64,000 bases of DNA from Candidatus Omnitrophota bacterium (GCA_018823795.1 JAHJGZ010000081.1:44325-108324), one strand, 5' to 3'. Counted from the first letter of the stretch, positions 18,227-28,557 are shown. The notes: generated by a model from the sequence alone, not told the origin. Numbers and translations are program-made.

Positions 18227-18344
18227 AAATGACGACATGAATTACGGAATATAATGACGTAATTCATCTGTCGGAATTTATCCCATCTCGAGTTGCAAAT
18301 CCTTGAAAAGGTTTTGCAACCGCTTTACGAGATGGGATACATGA
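18227..18344. repeat. Hairpin-module cluster (2 modules), an inverted counterpart of 17653-17776
   Basis: Module order: AAATGA, CGACATGAATTACG/CGTAATTCATCTGTCG, GAATTTA, TCCCATCTCG..CGAGATGGGA (18281-18337), TACATGA. Confidence 0.8.
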
Positions 18345-18371
18345 ATTAAAAAAACCACTCCACAAAGGATT

Positions 18372-21300
18372 GTGACCACTATGTGGGAAAAGATAATAAC
18401 CTATTTTGCCCGGCGGCATCTTTTGATCAATTTTATGTTTGTCGCTGTCTTTATCGGTGGTGTTTTTGCCTGGCAGCATACGAATAAAGAGGAGATGCCG
18501 GATATTACTTTTGATCGCGTCCGCATCACTGTGCGCTATCCGGGGGCGCCGGCAGAAGACGTCGAATATTTTGTCACCAAGCCGATCGAAGAAGAGCTTC
18601 GCGGCATTGACGGGGTGTACCGGGTGACGAGCACCTCAAGCGTTGGTTCGTCGAATATTTCGGTCGAGCTTGAGCCGAATTACCCGAATAAAGACGAGGC
18701 GATCACTGAAATCCGCAATGGGGTATTGGACGTAGACCTGCCGGATGATGTCATTGATGATCCATCGGTGCGGGTTTTTAAAACCTCAAAGAAAGCGATC
18801 ATTGATATCGCGCTGATGTACAAAGACGTGCATCTTCTCGATGTCGAATCACGCCGCATTTTACAAAAATATGCTTTCTCCCTAGAAAACCAGCTCCTGA
18901 ATCTTTCCGAAGTAAACAGCATTAACAAAACAGGGTACCTGCAGGAAGAGATCCAGATCAAAGTCTATCCGGAGAAATTGCGCGAATTTAATATTCCGTT
19001 TAATACCGTTATGCAGGAGACAAAAGCGAACCATCTGCGCCAGCCTGCCGGCACAATTGAAAGCCCGCAGGAACCGAAAGTGACCCTCCTTTCCGAACTC
19101 AATACGACCGAGAAATTAAGTAACCTGGTCATTCAGGGGGGCTTTGAAGGACGGCTCATCCGCCTGGGTGAGGTTGCTGATATCAGGAGCGCGTATGAAA
19201 AAAACAATGAAGTCATGAAGATAAACGGCCACGAAGGGATAATACTCAACGTGGTCAAGAGCAGTTCATACGGCATCCTTGATGCAATCGATGTGGTCGA
19301 GCGGGTCGTTGAGGAATTTAAGAAAAATAATCTTGAAGGCACATCGATAGACCTTCAGCTTCTTGATGATGAATCGCTCGATGTCAGGAACCGTCTTTCC
19401 ATTGTCGGTATGAATGCCGCGATCGGGTTCAGTTTGATCATTCTTATTTTATTTACATTCCTTACCGTACAGTCAGGATTGTGGGTGGCTATGGGGATCC
19501 CGTTTACTTTCTGTTTTACCATGATCTGCGCATCCTTCATGGGCTATACCATCAACAATACCACCTTAGCGGCGGTCATCATTGTGATGGGGATGATCGT
19601 CGACGATGCGATCGTGGTTGCTGAAAACATCACCCGCTTTTCCCAGCAGGGGATGGGGCGTGAGGAGGCGGTGGTGAAAGGGACCACCTATGTGCTGCTT
19701 CCTATTATTGCGAGTATTGTCACCACCTGCGTGGCGTTTATCCCGCTTTTTTTCTTTAGCGGTCATTTCGGAAAGTTTGTCCAGTTTATTCCGCCGATCA
19801 TATTCCTTATGCTCGGTGCAAGCCTTCTTGAATCGATCTTAATTTTGCCGGGGCATATGAATTTTAAACTCCCTTTTGGGAATGAGACCTCGTCACGGCG
19901 GACACACTGGTTTCAGAAAATCGAAGACGGATATGGCTGGCTGCTCGAGCGGCTCCTGCCGGGTAAATGGATTATTTTTATTTTTTTTCTGGGGTTACTT
20001 GTTTTTTCCGGCTCTATTGCACATACCACCATGAAGTTTGTCATGTTTCCGCGCGAAGAGACGCAAAACGTTTCGATTACCGGAATTGTCCACGATGATG
20101 CAAAACGCTACGATACGGCGCGGCTCACCACACAGGTCGAAGACGTGCTCACGCCGTATATCGGCAAAGAGGTTATCGGGTTCCGTACCGACATCGCGCG
20201 CAGCCGCCGCGGCGGTGCGGTCGAAGAAAACCGGTTCCACATACAAGTCGAGATCGTGCCGAAGGAAAAGCGAAAGAAAAGTGCCGATGCTTTGATCAAA
20301 GAATGGAATGCCGCATTTGAGGGTTTGAACGGATTTAATAAACTGACGATTCAAAAAAGCCATTGGGGACAGGAATCCGGTACCCCGATCGAGATCCTTG
20401 TTCAGGAGAATAAGGATCCGGTACGTGCGGCACTCGTTGCTGAACTTGCCGCTGCCATGAAGGATCATGCAGCCCTCACGAATGTGGAAATCGAAGAAGG
20501 GTTGCGGGTGCCTGAATATAAGGTGGATATCGATCATGATAAAATAAAACGCCTCTCTATTAATCCGGCCGACATTGCTTCGACCTTTCGCGCTGCGCTT
20601 GAAGGGACCGTGCTCTATGACTTTTCGAACGGGTATGAAGACATTGATGTGCGGTTTACGATTATTGATGAGGCAAAAGGTGACATTAATAAAGTACTCA
20701 GCCTGCCGGTTGAAAATAAAGGGGATTATTTAGTGCCGCTCGGAGATATTGTACGGGTGAGCGAGGTGGTTTCCCCGAATGCTATCGAGCGGCAGGACCT
20801 GAAACGTACCACTATGCTCGATGCCGCTATTAAAAAGGGGGCAGGAAAAACGCCGCTTGAAATTGCCGCGGATTTTGAAACGCGTATTTTCCCCCGTCTT
20901 GTTTCCCGTTTTCCGACCGCGGTCATGTCCTTTGCCGGGGAAGTGAAAGATACGCGGGAGTCGAAGAGCGATCTTACGAACGCGATCACTTTGGCGGTCT
21001 TCCTTATCTATATTATTTTAGCGGTGCTTTTTAATTCGCTCGTCAAGCCGCTCATTATTATGCTCGCCATTCCCTTCGGAGTGGTGGGGATTATAATCGC
21101 CTTCTGGCTGCACGGTAAAACCCTTTTTGGATTTTATGCCGCGATCGGTGCGCTTGGGCTTGCCGGTGTGGTGGTGAACGATTCGATCATCATGCTCGTG
21201 AAATTGGAAAAAGAATATGACCGCGCGCACGACGCACACGACGCAAATCATCAAATCGCACAGATTGCAAAAACGCGGCTTCGTGCTATAATACTCACGA

Positions 21301-21479
21301 CCATTACGACTGTTGCGGGGGTTCTACCGACCGCGTATGGATTTGCAGGCTATGACGCGATGCTGGCTGAGATGATGTTGGCGCTCGCATGGGGGCTTAT
21401 GTTTGGCACGGTGATCACCCTGATATTGATTCCGTGCGTCTATAGTTTAGGAAAAAAGAGGAGGCTGCAAACGGCATGA
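18372..21479 (+). CDS. RND-family efflux transporter permease (AcrB-like)
   Basis: 1035 aa, 12-TM architecture with two large periplasmic loops. Typical N-terminus FARRHLLINFMFVAVFIGG. Confidence 0.9.
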   Translation: MTTMWEKIITYFARRHLLINFMFVAVFIGGVFAWQHTNKEEMPDITFDRVRITVRYPGAPAEDVEYFVTKPIEEELRGIDGVYRVTSTSSVGSSNISVELEPNYPNKDEAITEIRNGVLDVDLPDDVIDDPSVRVFKTSKKAIIDIALMYKDVHLLDVESRRILQKYAFSLENQLLNLSEVNSINKTGYLQEEIQIKVYPEKLREFNIPFNTVMQETKANHLRQPAGTIESPQEPKVTLLSELNTTEKLSNLVIQGGFEGRLIRLGEVADIRSAYEKNNEVMKINGHEGIILNVVKSSSYGILDAIDVVERVVEEFKKNNLEGTSIDLQLLDDESLDVRNRLSIVGMNAAIGFSLIILILFTFLTVQSGLWVAMGIPFTFCFTMICASFMGYTINNTTLAAVIIVMGMIVDDAIVVAENITRFSQQGMGREEAVVKGTTYVLLPIIASIVTTCVAFIPLFFFSGHFGKFVQFIPPIIFLMLGASLLESILILPGHMNFKLPFGNETSSRRTHWFQKIEDGYGWLLERLLPGKWIIFIFFLGLLVFSGSIAHTTMKFVMFPREETQNVSITGIVHDDAKRYDTARLTTQVEDVLTPYIGKEVIGFRTDIARSRRGGAVEENRFHIQVEIVPKEKRKKSADALIKEWNAAFEGLNGFNKLTIQKSHWGQESGTPIEILVQENKDPVRAALVAELAAAMKDHAALTNVEIEEGLRVPEYKVDIDHDKIKRLSINPADIASTFRAALEGTVLYDFSNGYEDIDVRFTIIDEAKGDINKVLSLPVENKGDYLVPLGDIVRVSEVVSPNAIERQDLKRTTMLDAAIKKGAGKTPLEIAADFETRIFPRLVSRFPTAVMSFAGEVKDTRESKSDLTNAITLAVFLIYIILAVLFNSLVKPLIIMLAIPFGVVGIIIAFWLHGKTLFGFYAAIGALGLAGVVVNDSIIMLVKLEKEYDRAHDAHDANHQIAQIAKTRLRAIILTTITTVAGVLPTAYGFAGYDAMLAEMMLALAWGLMFGTVITLILIPCVYSLGKKRRLQTA

Positions 21480-22939
21480 AATATATTTTACGTACGATCA
21501 TAATCGGTATCCTGTGTGTTGCGCTGGCGGCGACTGCACCGCACGCGAATGCGCAGAATGAGGGGAAGCAGAGCCGAGTGATTTCTCTTGAGGAATTTAT
21601 TCGGCTTGCAACAGAGCATGATACGGCGTTTGAGAAGATTCTCATTGATGAATTATCTCTTCAGTATTTGAAAGATATAAATCTTCCGGCCCGTGATATT
21701 ATCTTAGCAATTAAAGAAGAATACGATATGATCCTGAACCAGGAGCGGGAGGAGGAGGAGACAAGCATTTCTCTAAGTAAATTGTTTCCGTACACCGGAA
21801 CCGAAATTTCTGCCGCGTATGAAACGACTCCGTCCTATACCGCTTCGCAGAATAGCTCTGATGCGACCCTTTCCATTACGCAGCCGATCGCCCGCAATGC
21901 GTTTGGCCGTGCGACGCGGCTGCATGATAAAATTATCGGTCTTGAAATCGATGTTGCGAAACATCAGATCGTTGAGGCGTATGAAGATTATCTTGCAACC
22001 ATCGTTACTGCGTATTACACCTGGTGGGAGGCGTATCAGAATATGCTCATCAGTGAATCATCCTATACAGAAAACCTGAAGCTTCTCGATAACATGAAAG
22101 AGCGGCAGAAGAGTAAGATCGCCCTGCCGATCGATGTGAATAAAACCCACTTGCAGGTTTTGGCAAAAAAAGAAAAATTGATTGCTTTGCGCGATGCGTA
22201 TGATGAGGCATGCACCGTTATTACTACCGCCATGCGGTATGATACGGAAGCGCTCCCGCATCGTGGTGAAGTGTTGCTGCCGGTTGAGCCGCATCAGTAT
22301 GAACGGGTGAACGTGTTGTTCGATGAGGATTTTAAAAAACTGACGGATGAAGGCCGCACCTTTCAGGTACTAAAACTTCTTGAAGAAAAAAGTTCACTTG
22401 ATGTGGCAAAAAATGCGGACGATCTGCTCCCCTCGATCGATCTTGTCTTTGCGTATAACATCAAAGGAGGCGACTATACGTTTAAAGACGGAGAAAATAT
22501 GTTCTACGGTGCGATTTCAATCGAATATCCGTTCCCTGATCAGGTCGATAGGGCAGAATATGAAACCTCAAAAATAACCGAAAAAAAGACAAAACTTTCC
22601 ACCGATAATGTGTATCACCAGTTGTATCGGGACCTGAGGAATGTATCGTTTGCCATTACACGTGAAAAAAACCTCCTTGCGATTGCGGATGAAAAAATCG
22701 CTTTAGCGCAGGATGTGCTCGACGCTGAAATCGAAAATTATACCTACGGAAAAGTAACCCTCAATGATTATATCGCCGCCGTGAATAACGTTGATACCCA
22801 GAGTTTCAATAAAATCACCCGCGCGACCCAGCTCAAAAAACTCACCATCGAATGGCTGCGATTGACGGATAGACTAATCGCGAGGAATGAGATTCGCGAA
22901 CCGAAAGCAGCAACCCCATCCACCGCACCGGTTGCATAA
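21476..22939 (+). CDS. TolC-like outer-membrane efflux protein
   Basis: Signal peptide, 487-aa coiled/barrel repeat organisation. Overlaps the RND gene stop by 4 nt. Confidence 0.75.
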   Translation: MKYILRTIIIGILCVALAATAPHANAQNEGKQSRVISLEEFIRLATEHDTAFEKILIDELSLQYLKDINLPARDIILAIKEEYDMILNQEREEEETSISLSKLFPYTGTEISAAYETTPSYTASQNSSDATLSITQPIARNAFGRATRLHDKIIGLEIDVAKHQIVEAYEDYLATIVTAYYTWWEAYQNMLISESSYTENLKLLDNMKERQKSKIALPIDVNKTHLQVLAKKEKLIALRDAYDEACTVITTAMRYDTEALPHRGEVLLPVEPHQYERVNVLFDEDFKKLTDEGRTFQVLKLLEEKSSLDVAKNADDLLPSIDLVFAYNIKGGDYTFKDGENMFYGAISIEYPFPDQVDRAEYETSKITEKKTKLSTDNVYHQLYRDLRNVSFAITREKNLLAIADEKIALAQDVLDAEIENYTYGKVTLNDYIAAVNNVDTQSFNKITRATQLKKLTIEWLRLTDRLIARNEIREPKAATPSTAPVA

Positions 22940-23110
22940 GGGGTAGACAATGCGTATTTGGGATTGTATTCCGAAAAAATTGTTCAGTAAGAATATCGGT
23001 GGCTGCGGGGCATATGTTTTCTGATTGTGTCTGTCATGGGCGGTTATTTCAAGTGAAAAAAATGACTGTACATTTTTTTAACGATAGCAGATGACGATGG
23101 GAAACAGACT

Positions 23111-23905
23111 ATGCACGTGACCTTCAGTGATATTCGCATATGGTTTGCATTGCTTGGCATCGTAACCGCTTTTATTGTGTCGGTCCGCGGGTTGAGGACC
23201 GTTGCCAAAGATTTGTTTGTTCGTTCGCTTATGCCGTTATTGTGTCTTCTCGGTGTCTTGCTTTTATTCATACAAAATGTCCCGCGTGCTGTTATAAATG
23301 GGACCGCTGTTGCGTTGATCGGCATTGTTACAAGTATCGTTTTCAGTGATATTGTACGGGAGTTTTTTCTACGCATCAAGAGCAGTTTATTTTCACAGGA
23401 CTATTTTATGAAAGCGCTTCCCGTGTATGCACAAGAAATCTGCCGCGCTCTGGAATTGTTAACACAGCGGCACACAGGTGGCCTTGTCGTTATCGAGCGG
23501 ATGCATGCGGTGCGGGAACATCTGGGAGCTTCTACCCCTTTTAATGCTGATATTAAAGCCGATGTCCTTGTCGCGTTATTTGCCACCACCTCACCGCTTC
23601 ATGACGGCGCGGTCGTCGTTAAAAATGGTCGCATTTGCCGCGTGAAGGCGGTATTGCCTCTGTGCACCAAAGACAATGTTCCGTTGGGAATCGGTACGCG
23701 CCATCGTTCGGCGATCGGCATTACGGAAAAAACGGATGCTATTGCGCTGGTGGCATCCGAGGAACGGGGAGAACTCAGCATTGCATTCAGGGGAACGTTA
23801 ATCAAGGGATGCTCGCCGAAAGAACTTCCGAAACTTCTGCACGGTGCTCTTAAAGGGAAAATGACGCAAGCTGCGGCACGGCAAGCCGCTAAAAAAAATG
23901 TATGA
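23111..23905 (+). CDS. Membrane-anchored DAC-domain protein (divergent diadenylate cyclase, CdaA-like)
   Basis: [47 protein letters not shown] (DGA and RHR motifs) after N-terminal TM helices. Confidence 0.8.
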   Translation: MHVTFSDIRIWFALLGIVTAFIVSVRGLRTVAKDLFVRSLMPLLCLLGVLLLFIQNVPRAVINGTAVALIGIVTSIVFSDIVREFFLRIKSSLFSQDYFMKALPVYAQEICRALELLTQRHTGGLVVIERMHAVREHLGASTPFNADIKADVLVALFATTSPLHDGAVVVKNGRICRVKAVLPLCTKDNVPLGIGTRHRSAIGITEKTDAIALVASEERGELSIAFRGTLIKGCSPKELPKLLHGALKGKMTQAAARQAAKKNV

Positions 23906-24966
23906 AACACATAATAAACCGAATCAGTATTACCTATATTCTTCTTACTCTTATGGTGCTTATGGGACAGAATCATTCGTATGCAAACGAAACGGTTGAA
24001 ACCGCGATCTTTGCCGGCGGTTGTTTCTGGTGCGGGGAGCAGGCGTTTGAAGAACGAGACGGCGTTATCAGTGTGGTGGCAGGATATACGGGCGGGCGCA
24101 CGGAAAACCCTACCTATAAAGAGGTCTCAGACGGCAGGACCGGACATCGGGAAGCGGTCAAGATCACCTATGATCCGTCGCGCGTCAGTTACCGCGAACT
24201 GCTCGACCTTTTTTGGCAGAATATAGATCCGACCGATGCCGGCGGCCAGTTTGCCGATCGGGGGCCGCAATACCAGACCGTTATTTTTTACGCGAATGAG
24301 GAACAAAAACGCGAAGCGTTCGCGTCAAAAAAAGAGCTCGACACATCAGGTACGTTTAAGAGGCGGATCGTGACCAAAATCCTGAAGGCTGCCCCTTTTT
24401 ACAAAGCAGAGGAAGACCACCAGGATTATTATAAAAAATGTCCCTTGCCGTATAAAAGATATAAAACACGTTCGGGCAGGGAAGGGTTCCTTAAAAAGAC
24501 GTGGGGGGAAGGAAAAAAAGTGAGTCAGAAAAAATATGAAAAACCGCAGCGCGGGGAGATCAAGAAAAGTCTTACTCCTCTCCAGTTTGAGGTGACGCAA
24601 CAGTGCGGGACTGAGGATCCTTTTAACAATGCCTATTGGAATAATGAACAGGAAGGTATTTATGTTGATGTGGTATCGGGTGAGCCGCTTTTTAGCTCCC
24701 GCGATAAATTCCACTCAGGGACCGGCTGGCCGAGTTTTACTAAACCGATCGATGCGGGAAATATCGTGGAAAAAGATGACACGAGCGTATCGATGAAGCG
24801 GACCGAAGTAAGAAGCGCGCACGGCGATTCACATCTCGGACATCTCTTTAATGACGGCCCCGGGCCGGATGGATTACGCTATTGTATCAATTCTGCTTCC
24901 TTACGGTTTATTCCGAAGGAGGATTTGGAAAAGGAAGGATATGGCGCATATGCAGAGAGTGAGTAA
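23902..24966 (+). CDS. msrAB: Secreted bifunctional methionine sulfoxide reductase MsrA-MsrB
   Basis: [12 protein letters not shown] (MsrA); GTGWPSF and [11 protein letters not shown] (MsrB). N-terminal signal sequence. Confidence 0.9.
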   Translation: MKHIINRISITYILLTLMVLMGQNHSYANETVETAIFAGGCFWCGEQAFEERDGVISVVAGYTGGRTENPTYKEVSDGRTGHREAVKITYDPSRVSYRELLDLFWQNIDPTDAGGQFADRGPQYQTVIFYANEEQKREAFASKKELDTSGTFKRRIVTKILKAAPFYKAEEDHQDYYKKCPLPYKRYKTRSGREGFLKKTWGEGKKVSQKKYEKPQRGEIKKSLTPLQFEVTQQCGTEDPFNNAYWNNEQEGIYVDVVSGEPLFSSRDKFHSGTGWPSFTKPIDAGNIVEKDDTSVSMKRTEVRSAHGDSHLGHLFNDGPGPDGLRYCINSASLRFIPKEDLEKEGYGAYAESE

Positions 24967-25495
24967 TACACCAAAAATTTTTAAAGAAGTAAACGGGCTC
25001 TATAAAATAATTCCGCTCATACCATTTCGAAAGACCGTCGGCGTTTCGTTTGATATCGTACCGAAAAATATTCTTTCTCATGTAGACGGCCTTGACCGGG
25101 TTATTCACCGTGGCGGGGCCCTTTCACCGGGGTCGTTGGGAGCAGTTAAAAGACCGTGGTATATGCACCCGCATCAGGAAGATCATTTGCTGGTCTTAGT
25201 CGGTATCCGGTATACCGATCTGTATACCCCGACACATGGCAGGATCGAGCGGTTTGAAGTTTCGGCCGATTGCATTAAGAAGAATGGTAAGGTTGTTTTC
25301 AAAGGGGCGGCGATTTTGTCATGGCCGCCTCATGTGTTTCACCGGATTCGAAGCAGTAAAAAATACGGTTCTGCATCACTCAACATTGCCCGGCGCTCAA
25401 AAGGGTTTGATATTAAAACAAACTTTAGTATTTATGACGTGAATACTAAAAATAAGACCTATCACGTCATCCGGGCGGGATATCTAGATCAGTGA
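24941..25495 (+). CDS. Hypothetical protein, possibly cupin-fold
   Basis: [16 protein letters not shown] resembles a cupin core. The start is uncertain because the ORF opens at 24851 inside msrAB. The stop TGA lies in a CAGTGA connector. Confidence 0.4.
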   Translation: MAHMQRVSNTPKIFKEVNGLYKIIPLIPFRKTVGVSFDIVPKNILSHVDGLDRVIHRGGALSPGSLGAVKRPWYMHPHQEDHLLVLVGIRYTDLYTPTHGRIERFEVSADCIKKNGKVVFKGAAILSWPPHVFHRIRSSKKYGSASLNIARRSKGFDIKTNFSIYDVNTKNKTYHVIRAGYLDQ

Positions 25496-25591
25496 CGACA
25501 TATTTTAGCGAGTGATAACAAAGCTAAAATATAAGTCGGAACTTATCCTCGCCGCTTTGCTTCGGTTTGAGAAGCAGGCGGGGATCAGTGA
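25489..25591. repeat. Hairpin-module cluster (2 modules)
   Basis: Module order: CAGTGA, CGACATATTTTAGC/GCTAAAATATAAGTCG, GAACTTA, CTCGCCGC..GGCGGGG, ATCAGTGA. Confidence 0.8.
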
Positions 25592-25927
25592 CGTACCGAT
25601 AGCCTAAAATCTTAAATTTTTAGGGGGGATAGCTGACGTTATTATGCTTCGGGCGGGTGAATTAGCACGAAATTTTTGCTGCGGGTGTTTTTCCTTTCTC
25701 TCTTTCTGTCATATCTCGTTATATCAAGCAGAACCAATAGTTTCAGTTTTCGGCGTCAATTTTCGTTATGAGTTAAGGAATAACGAAAAGAAAATTGTCG
25801 CAATGAGATAAGTCAGGACTGACGAATCGAATGTAGCACACAAGACTATTGGTGATGTTTACACAACTTGTCATTCTTTTACCTTAATGTGTCTAATAGC
25901 TGTATGATATAATAATACTCACGTATA

Positions 25928-26287
25928 TTAATTCGTGTCAGTTGTCCCGACTCGTAAACGAGGGCACAATTTTACAGCGATTATGCCCTACTCGTCGGGA
26001 TACGTGAAGACATATTTTACAGAACGAAATGATGTAAAATATAAGTCTGAACATATACTTTGCCAGATATCTGGCAAAGTGTTAATTCGTTTCATTGCCC
26101 CCGCCAGCTACGCTTGTGTGCCTATTGGACAGGCAAGCGTAGCAAAGCGGCGGGGATTAATTCCCTGCCTACCGGCAGGCAGGCGGCAAATTAGTTACCT
26201 TGTTGGCACGGCGGTAACTAATGCTGTCATTGAAGGCGGGGATCAATGAAAATATTTTGCAACAGTTTTTCGAGACGGAAAACATGA
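25928..26287. repeat. Hairpin-module cluster (about 8 modules plus half-modules)
   Basis: Contains ATTAATTC, the CCCGACTCG../..CGTCGGG hairpin, the GATACGTGA-hairpin-GAACATA-TACTTTGCCAG palindrome-TTAATTC composite (25999-26088), an inverted CCCCGCC module, CCTGCCTACCGGCAGG, CGGCAAATTAGTTA/TAACTAATGCTG, and TCATTGAA. Confidence 0.8.
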
Positions 26288-27451
26288 TTAAGTCTGAATC
26301 AATTTCTTTGAAGTGCCAATTGGGGTGGGATACTTCAGTACCACCAGGTAACTTGAGATAATCAGAGTGAAAATAGTAATCAGCTGGATTAATTGTGATG
26401 CACCGTTTGAGATATGGCCTAACTGAAAGGCTAAGAGTGCAATGAGGAGTGAAAATTCACTCAACTGCCCGAGTCGCAGGCCGGTTTCCTGAGCAAACGG
26501 CGTTTTTTCACCTGCAGCCTCAAACATCTTCCAAAAAAGAAGCGGTTTCAAAACGACAAACAGTGCGGCAAAAACTATTGCCGGCAGCAAAATATCCTTC
26601 ATAACGAGAAAATTAAGTTTTGCTCCCAACGTAAAGAAAAAAAGCACGAGGAAAAAATCACGGAGCGGCTTTAATCGTTCAGAAATAAATAATGAAACCG
26701 GATGGCGTGCTAATACGACGCCGGCAAAAAAAGCACCGGTCTCATAAAAAAGCCCCATATGATTCGAAACGCTTGCAATACCAAAGCACCATGCTAAGCC
26801 CAAAACGAACAGCACCTCATGTAAACGGTCGACGTAGCGCATGATCTTACGAAGAATAAATTGTTCAAATACCACTAAGAGTGCAATAAGAAACACCAAT
26901 TTAATAAACAGCAGGCCAAAGCTTATGAGGGCACCCTGCGGCGTACCGATACAGCGCACAAAAGCGAGCACCGCGATGGCCAGCAAATCTTCCATAATCA
27001 AAACACTAATACAGATTGCTCCCATACGTTCATGGTGTAAGCGGGTCGTCGGCAAAAGTTTTATCGTTAATATGGTACTTGAAAACATCAGGGCAAGGCC
27101 GATCAGAAGGCTATCGATTTTTGTAAAACCAAAAAGCAGTGCAACTGAAAAAGCCACGACAAATGAGACGCAACAGTTTCCGAGGGTGACGAGTGACGTT
27201 TTCTTAAATAAACGGAGCAGTTTCTGCGGATGAAGACACAGGCCGGCTAAAAAGAGCAGCAAAGTGATGCCGAGATGGGAGATTGTTTCTATGAAAGCAG
27301 CATGCTTGATCCATCCGATACCCCACGGCCCGATAAGTACTCCGCAGAGAATGTAGGCGATGATAATGGGTTGTTTGGTGAGAACGGCAAGGAATGACAG
27401 TATGGCTGAGCCGACGAGAATGATACTAAGATCGAATATAAATTCTTCCAT
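26288..27451 (-). CDS. Cation:proton antiporter (CPA2/Kef-type membrane domain)
   Basis: 387 aa, about 12 TM helices. The N-terminus MEEFIFDLSIILVGSAILSF is typical of Na+/H+-exchanger family proteins. Confidence 0.85.
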   Translation of the reverse strand: MEEFIFDLSIILVGSAILSFLAVLTKQPIIIAYILCGVLIGPWGIGWIKHAAFIETISHLGITLLLFLAGLCLHPQKLLRLFKKTSLVTLGNCCVSFVVAFSVALLFGFTKIDSLLIGLALMFSSTILTIKLLPTTRLHHERMGAICISVLIMEDLLAIAVLAFVRCIGTPQGALISFGLLFIKLVFLIALLVVFEQFILRKIMRYVDRLHEVLFVLGLAWCFGIASVSNHMGLFYETGAFFAGVVLARHPVSLFISERLKPLRDFFLVLFFFTLGAKLNFLVMKDILLPAIVFAALFVVLKPLLFWKMFEAAGEKTPFAQETGLRLGQLSEFSLLIALLAFQLGHISNGASQLIQLITIFTLIISSYLVVLKYPTPIGTSKKLIQT

Positions 27452-27470
27452 TTTTAAAAAAAATTTAATA

Positions 27471-27536
27471 GGGCCATGACTTACGGAGCGGAGCGAACGT
27501 AAGTCATATGGCCAAGTTTATCCAGCTCCGCTGGGT
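27471..27536. repeat. Hairpin-module cluster (2 modules)
   Basis: GGGCCATGACTTACG/CGTAAGTCATATGGCC, then AAGTTTA, then TCCAGCTCCGCTGGG. Confidence 0.7.
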
Positions 27537-27554
27537 AAATTCTTCCATGTTTCT

Positions 27555-27998
27555 TCACTCTGCCTGAGGTTTTTTGAAACCTTTGAAGAATAGTTCGAGC
27601 AAACCTGCTTTTGATTTCGTCGTACGTTCGAGGCGATCGATTTCGGTCGAATCAAGCCACAACCCGCCGCATTTTTCACACATATCAACAGTCATATTTT
27701 TATCTTGTGGGGCAGGTGTTTTTTTCAGTTCGATCTGACACCGTGGACATTTCCCCTTTTTTTCATCGAGTTTCCTGTCAAGCCCGCCGCCTAAAGCAGG
27801 GGAGTCAACGATCGTTATTTCTTCGGTCAAATACTTATCCAGCTCTCCTTTATCAAACCACACGCCGCCGCAGACAAAACATTTATCGAGTTCAAGTGTG
27901 TAAGAAATCGCGGCACCTTTTAATTCTTCGATGCCATGAACCCGGTCCATTGATAGTTCTGTTTTTTGTAATCTTCCGACACATTTTGGACAATCCAT
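27555..27998 (-). CDS. Double zf-TFIIB-type zinc-ribbon protein
   Basis: Two copies of CPKC/CPRC ... C-x2-C-GG(V/L)W(F/L)D-x-(G/T)E(L/I)D. Paralog of the adjacent gene. Confidence 0.65.
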   Translation of the reverse strand: MDCPKCVGRLQKTELSMDRVHGIEELKGAAISYTLELDKCFVCGGVWFDKGELDKYLTEEITIVDSPALGGGLDRKLDEKKGKCPRCQIELKKTPAPQDKNMTVDMCEKCGGLWLDSTEIDRLERTTKSKAGLLELFFKGFKKPQAE

Positions 27999-28000
27999 AA

Positions 28001-28447
28001 TTAGTCCCCTTTGTTAAAAAATAGTTCCTTGAAATTACGAAAGACCACAGCATGTTTTTCACCGGTCGACCAGTTCTTTTCTTCAAGCTTATCGATCTCG
28101 GTACTATCAAGCCAGACACCCTGACATTTTTCACATACATCGATCGCAAAGCCGGCCCCTTTCGGTGCAGGCTTTTTGACCATGGTGAGGTTACAGCGCG
28201 GGCAGGGGCCATCTTTTTTATTCAGATATTTTTGCTGCTTTACTTTCGGTGAATTTAGGATTATTAATTTTTCTGCTAAGTATTGATCTAATTCATTGAC
28301 GTCAAACCAGACCCCATTGCATGATAAACATTGATCTAATTCGATCTCGCCTGTTTGTTCTGCGTCCTGCAGGACGTCAGCACCATATTCCGGCCGTGTT
28401 TTGATTTTTACTTTATTCAGTTGGCTATCACATTTGGGACATTTCAT
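28001..28447 (-). CDS. Double zf-TFIIB-type zinc-ribbon protein
   Basis: Same architecture as 27555..27998 (CPKCDSQL..CLSCNGVWFDVNELDQYL; CPRCNL..CEKCQGVWLDSTEIDKL). The two genes are separated by 2 nt. Confidence 0.65.
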   Translation of the reverse strand: MKCPKCDSQLNKVKIKTRPEYGADVLQDAEQTGEIELDQCLSCNGVWFDVNELDQYLAEKLIILNSPKVKQQKYLNKKDGPCPRCNLTMVKKPAPKGAGFAIDVCEKCQGVWLDSTEIDKLEEKNWSTGEKHAVVFRNFKELFFNKGD

Positions 28448-28557
28448 ACCTATTTACTCCATTGTTATGAAACGTTAAGGGCATTTCAGCGGCGTGTAAT
28501 AATACAATACTTTACCATACAATAGAAAGCAATGAAAGAGGTGTATAATCGAGACAC

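Noticed and set aside
15758-18344. Possible integron-like cassette array: small same-strand genes each followed by a palindromic element, as with attC sites.
   Set aside because: No RYYYAAC/GTTRRRY core sites could be found at module edges and no intI gene is present. Each spacer holds several different hairpins rather than one attC, and the same modules also occur inside or next to housekeeping operons.
18372-22939. RND permease plus TolC-like gene without a periplasmic adaptor (MFP) gene.
   Set aside because: An adaptor may be encoded elsewhere, and absence from one window is not informative. It is not reported as a finding.
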